Notes: generated by a model from the sequence alone, not told the origin. A stretch of DNA of 64,000 nt from Longimicrobiales bacterium (GCA_965116905.1 OZ220732.1:2560001-2624000), one strand, 5' to 3'; positions 40,601-49,379 are shown, counted from the stretch's first letter. Translations and numbers: made by a program.

Positions 40601-41015
40601 GGGACAGGAACGCGCTCCCGACTCCCTTGCTGAGCTGTGTCGGATCGCCCCCGTCCGCGGGCATCAGCCAGACGTTCTGATCGCCGCTCCTGTCGGAGAC
40701 GAAGACGATGCGCTCGCCGTCGGGGCTGAAGCGCGGCTGCATGTCGTATCCCATCCCGCTGGTGAGGCGCGTGGCGTCACCCCCGGTGATCGGCATCGTG
40801 TAGAGGTCGCCGAGCATGTCGAAGACGATCGACTGGCCGTCGGGACTCACGTCGAGCGAGATCCAGGTTCCCTCGTTGGTGGTGAACCGGGCCCAGCGGG
40901 CGGGCTCGAGGGGGAGACCCCGGTCGGGGTCCGGATCCGCCTCCTGGGCCTGCGCGGCCAGAGGCGTGAGCAACAGCAGTGCGGCCGCCCATGGGCCGCG
41001 GGGGTACAAGCGCAT
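37641..41015 (-). CDS. Secreted PD40/TolB beta-propeller + amidohydrolase (paralog 3)
   Basis: FTTNEGTWISLDVSPDG; PGFVDTHAH, GSIEPGKLADLVILD; ATGA overlap with paralog 2. Confidence 0.9.
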   Translation of the reverse strand: MRLYPRGPWAAALLLLTPLAAQAQEADPDPDRGLPLEPARWARFTTNEGTWISLDVSPDGQSIVFDMLGDLYTMPITGGDATRLTSGMGYDMQPRFSPDGERIVFVSDRSGDQNVWLMPADGGDPTQLSKGVGSAFLSPEWMPDGKYVVVSRARPFQGLEKLWLYHVDGGTGIEMVGGPGGQRMMGAAVDAEGRYVWYAQRNGTWQYNAIFPQFQLWVYDRQSGTRTPMTNRYGSAFRPAVSPDGTMLAYGSRDDADTGIRLRDLASGMERWLAYPVQRDDKESTATMDVLPGYSFTPESDALVMSYGGRIWRVPVDGSDPVEIPFTVEAEIAIGPEVEFEYPIEDTPTFTVKQIRFARTSPDGSRLAFTALDRVYVADLPDGTPMRLTSDEVGEHRPVWSPDGRHVAYVTWDDDTAEGHIRRVSAEGGDAVTLTTAPAYYRDLVYSPDGARIVGVRSARRDVQEAVDPFFSTPGSEFIWIPAAGGEATVIGPTAGRRSPHFTADPDRIYYYGAARADAVPGSPTPPPVTTALSSARWDDTDKRRHLQVTARADLSAGGVPIGYKRSETSDLVMPADFDDDEPRELVLRMTSGSVEMAPQGDLALAQIGDDLYAVTVPDLGAALPVVDVTKPDSAAVPAWKLNQLGVEFPAWGADGRTVHWSLGNALFTYDLDAAAADTAYEAAELQIAVSADRDIPRGTVVLRGARAITMNGDEIVENADVVVTDNRIVSVSAGPGDVPEGATVIDMAGKTIVPGFVDTHAHMWNLWGLHWARPWIYQANLAYGVTTTRDPQTATTDVLSYEDMVRAGKMVGPRVYSTGPGVFQFDFIKSYEHAVEVLTKYSRYYDTKTFKMYMSGNRRQRQWLIMAARDLELMPTTEGGLDYRLNMTHAIDGYPGIEHSMPIIPAYGDVVELFATSGTVNSPTLLVSYGGPWAENYFYTREDVFGDEKLTHFTPKLELDTKARRLQTTGPGPGGWFMEDEYAFPKHAAWLTRLVENGGKTGVGSHGQLQGLGFHWELWAMQSGGMDEHDALLAATIMGAEAIGLGGDLGSIEPGKLADLVILDADPLADIRNTNTVHRVMMNGRLYDGDTLDEVWPRQRPAPDEPWRNTAPNVRAGIRGGDK

Positions 41016-41136
41016 GTGCCGACTCCATGTGAATGAGCAGGTCGTGTCGTGCCGCGAGCCGGAGGATCGGCCGGGCCGGGCCAATTCCCCCTTACGACGG
41101 AGACGCATAGTAGTGTCAAGGGTAATGCGAGGCCAA

Positions 41137-41212
41137 CCGGGGACCCCGAGGCTGGCCGGGGACCCCGAGGCTGGCCGGGGACCTCGCCGCCAACCGGGGA
41201 CCCCGAGGCCGA
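41137..41212. repeat. 19-bp tandem repeat x4
   Basis: CCGGGGACCCCGAGGCTGG x2 plus two degenerate copies in a divergent intergenic region. Confidence 0.85.
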
Positions 41213-41360
41213 GCCGGCGACTTGCCGGGAGGAACCTGGGAGCGGATTCTTCGTAGGAATCTGGAGAGCCGTTCGCCGGAAGCCCGGACGTCCACGGTGC
41301 CCGAGGACCCTGGCAACCGCGTTGGGCCCGGCGACAGACCCATCGACAAGGAGGAATCCA

Positions 41361-42080
41361 GTGTTTCGTGGCTTAAGAGCCCGTGGACAAAATCCCCCCG
41401 GCATTCGAGCGGCGATGCATCCGGGCCGGACCGCTTCGCTCTGCGTTGCTCCTCGGGCCCGTAGCGCTGCTACTGGCCCTTCGTCGCGCCTTGCCGGCCC
41501 GGCGCCTCGCCGCTCTCGGTGCTCGGGCGGCTTTATCCACGGGCTCTTACCGTTGGCGCTATGCGCCGTGATCATCGCGGCCCCGGCGGCGGGGCAGTCG
41601 CACGTGGCGCTGGGCCCCCTTGTGACGCTGGGTGACGACTCCCACTTCGGGCTGGGTGCGCGTGCCGAAATGGATCTTTCGGATCACCTCGACATCGACC
41701 ACGAGTTCTTCCGCGACATCTTTGGAAGCGCCACGGCGACGTACTCTTTCCAGGACTGTCGCGGCGGTTCCGGATGCGGCTGGCTCGAACTGGGCGGGAA
41801 CCTGAATGTGCCGGTGACCGCCCGAGCGGCCGATCTGGTCGGCTACGTGGGAGCCGGATTCCACATCGTGAGTGCTTTCCGGGAGGAGTCCTTCGTCGAC
41901 TTCCGGCCTTCGCCCACACGGGGCACGTGGCAACGCCGCCATACGGATACCAGCGTCGGTCTGAACCTGATCGGCGGCCTGAAGTTCGAGGTCGAGGCGA
42001 CGCCGGCCTTCGTCGAGGGCAAGCTGGGACTTTCGGGAGCAAGCCAGTTCCTGCTGTCGACGGGCGTCATGCTCTGGTGA
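41361..42080 (+). CDS. Small outer-membrane beta-barrel protein (OmpA/Ail-like TM domain) with an in-frame MITE in its signal peptide
   Basis: AAGGAGG SD then GTG at 41361; amphipathic strands FGLGARAE, YVGAGF, VGLNLIGGLKF, AFVEGKL; terminal aromatic W. Confidence 0.75.
   Translation: MFRGLRARGQNPPGIRAAMHPGRTASLCVAPRARSAATGPSSRLAGPAPRRSRCSGGFIHGLLPLALCAVIIAAPAAGQSHVALGPLVTLGDDSHFGLGARAEMDLSDHLDIDHEFFRDIFGSATATYSFQDCRGGSGCGWLELGGNLNVPVTARAADLVGYVGAGFHIVSAFREESFVDFRPSPTRGTWQRRHTDTSVGLNLIGGLKFEVEATPAFVEGKLGLSGASQFLLSTGVMLW
41374..41549. mobile_element. Miniature inverted-repeat element (MITE/RPE-like palindromic element)
   Basis: Terminal inverted repeats TAAGAGCCCGTGGACAAA / TTTATCCACGGGCTCTTA (17/18 match, including a putative TA duplication); internal hairpin GGGCCCGTAGCGCTGCTACTGGCCC. 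Confidence 0.85.
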
Positions 42081-42994
42081 CCAGGGGGACCGAAGGTCGC
42101 GACGTTGCGCTGATCTCGGTTTCCATAGACCTGGGCGCGGGGCGCCGGGGCGTCGACATGGGCCCCTCCGCGTTGCGCATCGCCGGGATCACGGCGGCGA
42201 TCGAGGCCGCCGGACACCGGGTCTGCGAGCTGGGCACCATCACCGCCGGAGGGCTGGAAACGACGGACGCGGGGGAAACCCGCATGCGCTTCCTCGCGGA
42301 GATCGTGAAGGTGGTGGACCGAACGCGCGAGCTGGTGCGGACCGGGCTCGACCGCGGCTGTCTGCCCCTGGTGCTGGGCGGCGACCACTCGCTGTCGATG
42401 GGTTCAGTGGCGGCGGTGGCGGATCACTACGGGCAGCAGAACGAGCGCATCGGGGTCATCTGGGTCGATGCGCACGCCGACATGAACCGCCCGTCGACCT
42501 CCCCTAGCGGCAATGTGCACGGTATGCCGCTGGCCGTCCTCCTCGGGCACGGCGACCCGCGTCTGGTGGGGGCGAGCGCCAGCGTGGTCCCCGGGAACGT
42601 CAGCATCCTGGGAGCGCGCGAGCTGGATGTCGGCGAGAAGGATCTGATCGGTGAACTGGACGTCCGGGTGTTCACGATGTCGGAGATCGACGAAAGGGGC
42701 GCGGCCGCGTGCATGGACGAGGCACTGGAGCGCGCCAACGACGGGACGGGCGGATTCCACCTCTCGCTCGACCTCGACGCGCTCGACCCGAGGGTGGCGC
42801 CAGGCGTAGGCACGCCGGTGCAGGGGGGACTCACGTACCGCGAGGGCCACCTGGTCTGCGAAAAGGCGTTCCGCTCGGGCCGGCTGCTCAGCATGGAGGT
42901 CGTCGAGCTCAACCCGGTGCTGGACGACCGCAACCACACGGCCGATCTCGCGGTGGAGCTGGTCGCGTCCGCGCTGGGAAAGACGATTCTGTAG
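42077..42994 (+). CDS. rocF: Arginase
   Basis: DLGAGRRGVDMGP, GGDHS, WVDAHADMN, SPSGNVHGMP, SLDLDALDP, VELNPVLD. Confidence 0.95.
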   Translation: MTRGTEGRDVALISVSIDLGAGRRGVDMGPSALRIAGITAAIEAAGHRVCELGTITAGGLETTDAGETRMRFLAEIVKVVDRTRELVRTGLDRGCLPLVLGGDHSLSMGSVAAVADHYGQQNERIGVIWVDAHADMNRPSTSPSGNVHGMPLAVLLGHGDPRLVGASASVVPGNVSILGARELDVGEKDLIGELDVRVFTMSEIDERGAAACMDEALERANDGTGGFHLSLDLDALDPRVAPGVGTPVQGGLTYREGHLVCEKAFRSGRLLSMEVVELNPVLDDRNHTADLAVELVASALGKTIL

Positions 42995-43068
42995 CGGCGG
43001 CAAGACAGAGTGCGTCGACCGCGTGCCGTCTCACCGGCCGGCGCCTGCCGTGCTACGTTCAGAGCCCG

Positions 43069-43152
43069 GCCGGGGTGGTGAAACGGGTATACACAGGGGA
43101 CTTAAAATCCCCCGGGAGCAGTCCCATGCGGGTTCGAGTCCCGCCCCCGGCA
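43069..43152 (+). tRNA. tRNA-Leu: tRNA-Leu (anticodon TAA)
   Basis: Acceptor stem GCCGGGG/CCCCGGC+A, anticodon arm GGGGA-CTTAAAA-TCCCC, long variable arm, T arm GCGGGTTCGAGTCCCGC; CCA not encoded. Confidence 0.97.
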
Positions 43153-43153
43153 C

Positions 43154-44353
43154 TCAGCGCCGCCGATACGACCTCACCGGCGGCAGCCTCGCACCCGTCC
43201 CGCCAGCGGGCTCATCCTCGCCGACCACGGGGATGGTCAGGGTGCCGATCCCGTCGATGCTGGCCTCGATCTGGTCGCCGGCCTGCAGAAAGCGCTGCTC
43301 TCCGCGCACCGCCGTGCCCATCCCGACGCCGCCCGACGTCCCGTTGTTGATCACGTCGCCCGGGAAGAGGGTGATGATCGACGATCCGTATTCGATGAGC
43401 TCCCAAAGCGTGTGGATCATGTCCCCCGCGCGGGCCTCCTGCATCTGCTCGCCTCCGACGCTCAGCGTCTGGCGCAGGTTCTCCATCGGATCTCCGTAGA
43501 ACTCCCTGGGCACGATCCATGGCCCCATGGGCGCGAAGGTGTCGTGCCCCTTGCCCACGAACCAGTCCGAGGTGAGAGGGTTTCCGCCCGGGGGACGGCC
43601 GCCCCGGTCCGAGATGTCGAGCGTGACGGTATAGCCGAAGACGTAGTCCTCGGCCTCCGTCGCCGAAACGTACTTCGCCGCTCTTCCGATCACGGCGCCC
43701 AGTTCGACCTCCCAGTCCGTGCGGTCGCGGCCATGCGGGATCACGACCGCGTCGCCGTTCCCGATCACCGCGCCCCGGCTCGGCTTCAGAAAGAGGTACG
43801 GGACGCCCCGGTTCTCGCGCCGCTGGCGGCGCGCCTCGGCGCGCTCCTCGGGCGTGCCCGTCTCGTTCACGTGACTGTAGAAGTTGACGGCCGCGTTGAG
43901 GATCTTGCCCGGATACAGGATCGGCGCGAGCGTGCGCACGCTGCCGACGTCGTGAACGAAGGCGGGACGGGCGGCGCCGTCGATCATCCCGTTCGCCGAG
44001 AGGTGGTTCACGATCTCGTAGAGACGCAGCTTGACGCCGTACTCGTAGCGGCCGATCAGGTCCAGCATGTCCTCGGGCATCGGCAGGCGCGGATACGCGG
44101 GGTTGCGCTCGAGCTGCCGGTTGGCCGCACCGATGTCCACGACGAGCGCGTCCCGGAGCACAAGGCCCACCCGTGGCTCGCCCTCGATCTCGAAGGTGCC
44201 CACCTTGAACGGCTCGGCGACGTCCATCCCCGGAGCCGTCTGGGCCGACGCGGCGCCGGCGTCCGCGAGCGCTGCGCCGAGAGTGGCCAGGGCCAGCGCC
44301 GTGGCGGTGCCGGCCTGGGCCGTGAATGCACGAAAGGCCTTCGCGAATCGCAT
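43154..44353 (-). CDS. Fumarylacetoacetate hydrolase family protein with signal peptide
   Basis: PGKILNAAVNF, PYLFLK, DWEVELGAVIG, DISDR, GKGHDTFAPMGP, LFPGDVINNGTSGGVG. Confidence 0.9.
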   Translation of the reverse strand: MRFAKAFRAFTAQAGTATALALATLGAALADAGAASAQTAPGMDVAEPFKVGTFEIEGEPRVGLVLRDALVVDIGAANRQLERNPAYPRLPMPEDMLDLIGRYEYGVKLRLYEIVNHLSANGMIDGAARPAFVHDVGSVRTLAPILYPGKILNAAVNFYSHVNETGTPEERAEARRQRRENRGVPYLFLKPSRGAVIGNGDAVVIPHGRDRTDWEVELGAVIGRAAKYVSATEAEDYVFGYTVTLDISDRGGRPPGGNPLTSDWFVGKGHDTFAPMGPWIVPREFYGDPMENLRQTLSVGGEQMQEARAGDMIHTLWELIEYGSSIITLFPGDVINNGTSGGVGMGTAVRGEQRFLQAGDQIEASIDGIGTLTIPVVGEDEPAGGTGARLPPVRSYRRR

Positions 44354-44491
44354 GGTGTCCCCCTGCTTGTAGGCGGCGCGGCGGAGAGGATTCCGGCGCG
44401 CGGACCTGGTCGCTTGATCGGAGCGGGTCCCTTGATTGACTACGCGGGTTGGGGGCCCTCCGTCAAGCGGAGCGACAGGATACCGCGCCAG

Positions 44492-46936
44492 CTACAGAAT
44501 CGCGTCGAGGTACAGGTCGATGCGGAAGTCCTTGTAGGGCCCCTTCAGGCCCTGCGACAGGTCCATGCGGATCAGACCGTCGAGGATGCTGCCGCCCATG
44601 CCGACCCCGTAGAGGAAGTCGTCCCGGCTGAACAGATCGCGGGATCCGGCCCAGCCGGCATCGCCGAAGAGGATCACGCCGACGCCTTCAAAGGCGCGGG
44701 AAAGCTCCAGTCGCGCCCGGACAAAGGAGCTGCCGGACAGCGTGGAAGCCGGGTAGCCGCGCAGAGTGGCGGCCGCGCCAAGGAACCAGTGGCGCTGCAC
44801 CGGAGCGTCGCCCCAGATCGTCCCCGCGGCCGCCTCGGCGCCCACGCGCCAGCTCCGCCAGCCGTCGCCCCGCACGGGAACGATGGCCCGCAGCGTGCCC
44901 GTGGCCTGGCCGTATCGCGACCACGCCTCCTCGCCCGTGCGCCGCCAGGTCGCTCCGCGTCCCTCCAGCTCCAGCCCCAGCTGCGCCTTCACCGGATTGT
45001 TGCCCCACCACGGCGAGACTCGCAGCGTCGCCCCCGTCTCTTCCACGTTTTCGGCCACCAGGTTGGGCCGGAAGCCCCACTCGCCGTCGAAGACCCGGAA
45101 GAGCGCGAAGTCGGTCTCGGCCGTGACCGCGGACTGGCGCTCGCCGTACACGCGGAAAAGGAACGAATCGCGCGACCCGTCGGGCGGACGCCACGTCAGG
45201 TCCGCGCCGGAGGCACGGTAGTACTCGCCGTCGTCACGGCCGAAGAGAAGGGCGTTCATCGAGTTCCCGAAGCCCAGGTAGCCGCCGGCCGGGTCGGTCG
45301 GGCGCAACTCGTGGAATCCGCCCAGCGTCAGGCGGCGGTACACGGTGGATCGCCGCATTTCGAGCCTGACCTTCGGGCGAAGATCGGCGAGTCCGAAGAA
45401 CGCCGACCCGCCCAGCGCGTGCCTGCCGGACAGTTCCGTTTCGAATTGCCCCCCTACGGCCGGTCCCTCGACCCGGTTGTACCGGAGCAGGTCGTGGCGC
45501 GCCCAGCCCCAGTTGAACGACCACGGGATCGTCTGCATGGGCGGGGCCGGCAGGTTGGCCAGGCTCGCCATGAACCCCTCGATCTCGTCGTCCGAGGGGA
45601 AGCCGATCGCATTCTCCCAGATGGGCGGCGGCAGGTGGGGGCTCGTGGCCACCAGGCTGCGTTCCCTGGGGACGATCAGGAAGGACTCGCGGTCGCGCGC
45701 GGGCATCTCGGCATCGGACATGAGCTCGTAGTCGATGCCGTCGTCGTCCGACAGGAGCCGGGCGATGAAGGCCATGGCTTCGGCCCGGGTCTCGAAATGC
45801 ACCTCCCGGAGCGAACCGTCGGCCGCTGGGGTGCGGTCGGCGGGCTCCGGGGGCGCGCGATCCGCCGCCGCGGTTCGGGACGCGGCCGCGGCACCCTCCT
45901 GCTCGTTCGCCGGATCCGGCCCCGCGTCCACCTCGTCGTCGGCCATCGTCACCGATTCGATCCGGTACGAGAGGTCCATCGTGACCGGGACCTTGATGAT
46001 GCCCGCCCCCGCCTCCCCCTCCATCCGCATGCTGCGCGGCAGCCACACCTCGAAGTCCCACAGCCCATAGTCCACGGCCATGAGGGTGAGGTCGAAGGTC
46101 CACGGCTTGAACAGTCCCGGCACGTACCTGAAGGTCCCGCGCTCCTCCTCCCGCTGCAGTTCGGGGATGTCCCTCATCGCGTCGAAACGCCGGCTGAACC
46201 GGTAGACGGCTCGAACCAGGGCCCCGGTGCTCGGCTCGATCCACAGCGCTCCGCTGATACGATGGGAGTCCGCCTCGCGGGGCAGCACCTCCAGCTGGAT
46301 GGCCTCGAGGCGGCGCCCGTCGGGAAAGGACAGCGTCAGGGTGTCCCCGCTCTGGAAGCGGTAGAGGGAGTCGGCGCCCTCCCCGAGTGGGTGGGCCAGC
46401 CAGAAGTCTTCGCTGCTCGGCTGGAAAACCTCTTCGTCGCCGTCGGTGAGCCCGAAGAACAGGCGGTCGCCGCCCGGTTCGAACGGCTTGTCGAACGGCA
46501 GGTCCTGCAGCCAGTCCATTTCGCCCTCGCGCATGGCGATCTCCCGTCCCGGATACTGGGAACGGCTGCCCAGGACCTGGATCAGGGCGTCGTGCTCCTG
46601 GTCCCAGAAGGCGCGCACGGCGGTTTCGTTGTGGTAGATGACGCGGTCCTTGAGCGGGGTGCGGATGGCGGCCGCGATCCGCTGTTCGATCCGGGACGTG
46701 TAGCGCACGATGGACTCGTCCAGGCGCGTCCAGTTGGCGAGTGCCGCAATGTACAGCTGGCGGGCCACCGGATCCTCGAAGGTGTCCGGCGCAATGGTGC
46801 GCTGGGCGGCGGCCGGGGCGGGGACGCCGGCTCCAAGCGCGGCGGCTCCGAGTGCGGCGGCGCCGGACACCGCGGCCCACGACAGTGCGGCCCGGAGCGC
46901 CGGTGGCCGGACAATCCCCTGTGCGACCCGATTCAT
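44492..46936 (-). CDS. Large outer-membrane protein, Omp85/BamA-like C-terminal barrel (paralog of 4392-6734)
   Basis: Shares ANW.RLDES...RTPLKDRV, PF.P.GDRL.FGL, YRF.SGDTLTLS.PDG and LLRYNR.EG with 4392-6734. Confidence 0.72.
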   Translation of the reverse strand: MNRVAQGIVRPPALRAALSWAAVSGAAALGAAALGAGVPAPAAAQRTIAPDTFEDPVARQLYIAALANWTRLDESIVRYTSRIEQRIAAAIRTPLKDRVIYHNETAVRAFWDQEHDALIQVLGSRSQYPGREIAMREGEMDWLQDLPFDKPFEPGGDRLFFGLTDGDEEVFQPSSEDFWLAHPLGEGADSLYRFQSGDTLTLSFPDGRRLEAIQLEVLPREADSHRISGALWIEPSTGALVRAVYRFSRRFDAMRDIPELQREEERGTFRYVPGLFKPWTFDLTLMAVDYGLWDFEVWLPRSMRMEGEAGAGIIKVPVTMDLSYRIESVTMADDEVDAGPDPANEQEGAAAASRTAAADRAPPEPADRTPAADGSLREVHFETRAEAMAFIARLLSDDDGIDYELMSDAEMPARDRESFLIVPRERSLVATSPHLPPPIWENAIGFPSDDEIEGFMASLANLPAPPMQTIPWSFNWGWARHDLLRYNRVEGPAVGGQFETELSGRHALGGSAFFGLADLRPKVRLEMRRSTVYRRLTLGGFHELRPTDPAGGYLGFGNSMNALLFGRDDGEYYRASGADLTWRPPDGSRDSFLFRVYGERQSAVTAETDFALFRVFDGEWGFRPNLVAENVEETGATLRVSPWWGNNPVKAQLGLELEGRGATWRRTGEEAWSRYGQATGTLRAIVPVRGDGWRSWRVGAEAAAGTIWGDAPVQRHWFLGAAATLRGYPASTLSGSSFVRARLELSRAFEGVGVILFGDAGWAGSRDLFSRDDFLYGVGMGGSILDGLIRMDLSQGLKGPYKDFRIDLYLDAIL

Positions 46937-48291
46937 GACCCGGAAGGCTCCGGCGCGCCGTGACGGAAGCGGGCTTCCTGGAAGTCGTCCCAGGCGACGT
47001 ACCACCACTCCGGCTCCGCGCCCGCATCGCCCGCCTCCGCACCGCCTGCCTCCGCCTCGCCACCCCGGAGCGGGAACACGAAGATGCCCTTGTTGTCCAG
47101 CCCGACATCGGCGGATCCCGCCAACTCGAAGGTGCGGCCGTCGAGGACCGTCACGCGTACGCCGTCCTCCCCGGTCCGTTCGATCCGCCGGATGTTCGCG
47201 AACTCGATGGCGAAATCCACATCCTCGGAGGTGCCGTTGAGGCGTTCCCAGGACCACTCCTCGTGGGCGTTCCAGCGAATCTGGCCGGCAAGCTCCTCGC
47301 CCTCCCGGGTGACGATGGTTCCGTGCAGGTGGTGGCCGCCGTCGAAGGCGTCATAGTCGGTCGGCCGCGAAGGTTCATGGAAGCGGATCGAGTGGAACGC
47401 TCTCCAGTGAACACTGACCGAGCCCAGCGCAGGATCCGAGATCCGGAACGGTCGGGGGTGGAACGGCCCGCTGGCATCGTCAAAAAGGTTGAGGACCTCG
47501 CCGGAAACCAGGGTCGCGGCAACCCCGGTCGAGTTCCTCTCCAGGGAGCGAATGCGGTCCAGGCGGATGGACCTGTAGTCCTCATTCTCGAAGTCGTCCA
47601 GCATATGCGATTCGAGAAGCGCGTTCCCTCCCCGGTTCAGGGCACGGGGATCCACGAATCCGGTGAATGTGCGGCCCGAGCGGTCCTGCACGGTGCCATG
47701 GAGGCGACGTGAACGAGGGCCGACCCCGGCGGGCGCGGCGGAGAACTCGATGCGGGTCACCTCCCGTCCATGCAGGTGCACGAGGTCGCTGCGGTCGTCC
47801 GCCTCGACCACGATGTCCCGCCACCGCCAGCGCGGCTCGGTCAATTCCAGCCGGACCCCGGCGCGGGTCAGGACTTCGACGTCGCCTACGGTGTCGGGGA
47901 TGAGGGACGCGAGGTGTCCGATGCGGATCCCGGCGTCGGGGGACTCCACGAAATCCGGGTGCTTTTCCTCCCACGAGATCCGGTGGCCCTTGAACTCCAC
48001 AATCCGGAGATGCGGCTTGCCGTCGCGGGTCGCGTCCAGCCAGTCCTGGTAGTGCTCCTCCGGGATGTTCTTTCCGGCGATGAAGAAGTCCTCCCAGCTC
48101 GCGACGCCCCGGAAACGGACGAATCCCGTGTGCGTCTCGCCGTCCTCCGTGACGATGCGCCCCCAGATGCGCTCCGGGGCCTGGGCCTGCAAGTGGGAAG
48201 CCGGGAGGAGGAGCGCGGCAAGCAGGAGCACGGACGCCGGGAGTAACGGCGGGAGCCACAACCGAGAACGGCGACGATGGGTCCGAGGCAT
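46933..48291 (-). CDS. Secreted hypothetical protein with three internal repeats
   Basis: Signal peptide; repeats IWGRIVTEDGETHTGFVRF / LHGTVQDRSGRTFTGFVD / LHGTIVTREGEELAGQIRW. Confidence 0.75.
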   Translation of the reverse strand: MPRTHRRRSRLWLPPLLPASVLLLAALLLPASHLQAQAPERIWGRIVTEDGETHTGFVRFRGVASWEDFFIAGKNIPEEHYQDWLDATRDGKPHLRIVEFKGHRISWEEKHPDFVESPDAGIRIGHLASLIPDTVGDVEVLTRAGVRLELTEPRWRWRDIVVEADDRSDLVHLHGREVTRIEFSAAPAGVGPRSRRLHGTVQDRSGRTFTGFVDPRALNRGGNALLESHMLDDFENEDYRSIRLDRIRSLERNSTGVAATLVSGEVLNLFDDASGPFHPRPFRISDPALGSVSVHWRAFHSIRFHEPSRPTDYDAFDGGHHLHGTIVTREGEELAGQIRWNAHEEWSWERLNGTSEDVDFAIEFANIRRIERTGEDGVRVTVLDGRTFELAGSADVGLDNKGIFVFPLRGGEAEAGGAEAGDAGAEPEWWYVAWDDFQEARFRHGAPEPSGS

Positions 48292-48434
48292 GGGCTGCTT
48301 GCTGGAGTGATGGGTTCCCGCCCTGGTTTCGAATACGGAAGCGCGACGATGCGGGTTTCGGAAACCGGGGTCGGCGGCCTACCTTGCCGGGACCGGGTGA
48401 CAGGCCGGCCAACCCTTCCAACAGGAGCTTCCGG

Positions 48435-48950
48435 ATGACTGATCGCAAGCTGCTCCCCGCTTCCTTCGTGATTGCGTGCGTCGCCGCCCTGGCGTGCGGA
48501 CCCGCCGATGAAGGCGGCGCATCGGCAGACGCCGCCGCCGCGGACGAGGCCGCCGAGGAGATGTCCAATCCCCGCTTCGGCGTGTGGCAACTCGAGTCGG
48601 ATCGCCCGCCGCCCTACCGCAACGTCATGACCTACGAGCCCTGGGGCGAAGGCGGCATGATGATCACGGTTGCAACGACCAACGACGACGGGGAGACCTC
48701 CGAATGGAGCTACGCCACCCTGTTCGACGGCGAATTCCGGCCGGTGGAGGGCCAGGAGGACGCTACGACCGCCGTTGAGGTCGTGGACGAGCACACCAAC
48801 CGGATTCTCAACGCGCGCGGCGGCGAGGTCTACCAGGTGATCATCAACGTACTCACCGAGGATGGGAACACCATCAACAACGAGTACCGGCGCACGGCGG
48901 AGGATGGGACCGAGAGCGTGTCTTACGCCGTATACCGCCGGATCGAGTAG
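48435..48950 (+). CDS. Hypothetical lipoprotein
   Basis: AGGAG SD; lipobox VAALACG; GVWQL lipocalin-like start. Confidence 0.75.
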   Translation: MTDRKLLPASFVIACVAALACGPADEGGASADAAAADEAAEEMSNPRFGVWQLESDRPPPYRNVMTYEPWGEGGMMITVATTNDDGETSEWSYATLFDGEFRPVEGQEDATTAVEVVDEHTNRILNARGGEVYQVIINVLTEDGNTINNEYRRTAEDGTESVSYAVYRRIE

Positions 48951-48953
48951 CGA

Positions 48954-49379
48954 TCAGGCGTGGTGGGTGGGGGGCGCCGCGGGTGGCGCACGAAGCTGGA
49001 ACCGCGGGATCCGGGCGCGAAAGACCGAGCCGTCGTTGCGGCGGAAGTGGTAGTACCCCTCCATGAACCCGCTCCGGCCCTCGAGCACGCAAAAGCTGTT
49101 GTATTCGTGCACGTCGCCGGGGGCCAGCGTCGGGCACTCTCCCACGACCCCCTCGCCCGCGACCTCCTGATCGCCCGCGGCCGCGTCGTGAATCCGCCAG
49201 TGGCGCCAGAAGAGCTGGGCCGCCTCCTCACCGATGTTCTCGATGCGGATGAAGTACACGAAGACATGGCGATGCGGCGGCTGCGAATGTCCCCGTGAGT
49301 AGACCGGCCGGACCGTGATCCGCATCTCGTCGGGCAGAATCGGCGGCTGGCGGCTTGAGTCGCGGGCCAATTTGATCAT
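48954..49379 (-). CDS. apaG: ApaG domain protein
   Basis: FVYFIRIEN, QLFWRHWRI, GEGVVGECPTLAPG...Y.S.C...G.MEG.Y. Confidence 0.92.
   Translation of the reverse strand: MIKLARDSSRQPPILPDEMRITVRPVYSRGHSQPPHRHVFVYFIRIENIGEEAAQLFWRHWRIHDAAAGDQEVAGEGVVGECPTLAPGDVHEYNSFCVLEGRSGFMEGYYHFRRNDGSVFRARIPRFQLRAPPAAPPTHHA

Noticed and set aside
43069..43152. tRNA as an integration site for a genomic island
   Set aside because: No integrase nearby and no duplicated tRNA 3' end noticed in the window.
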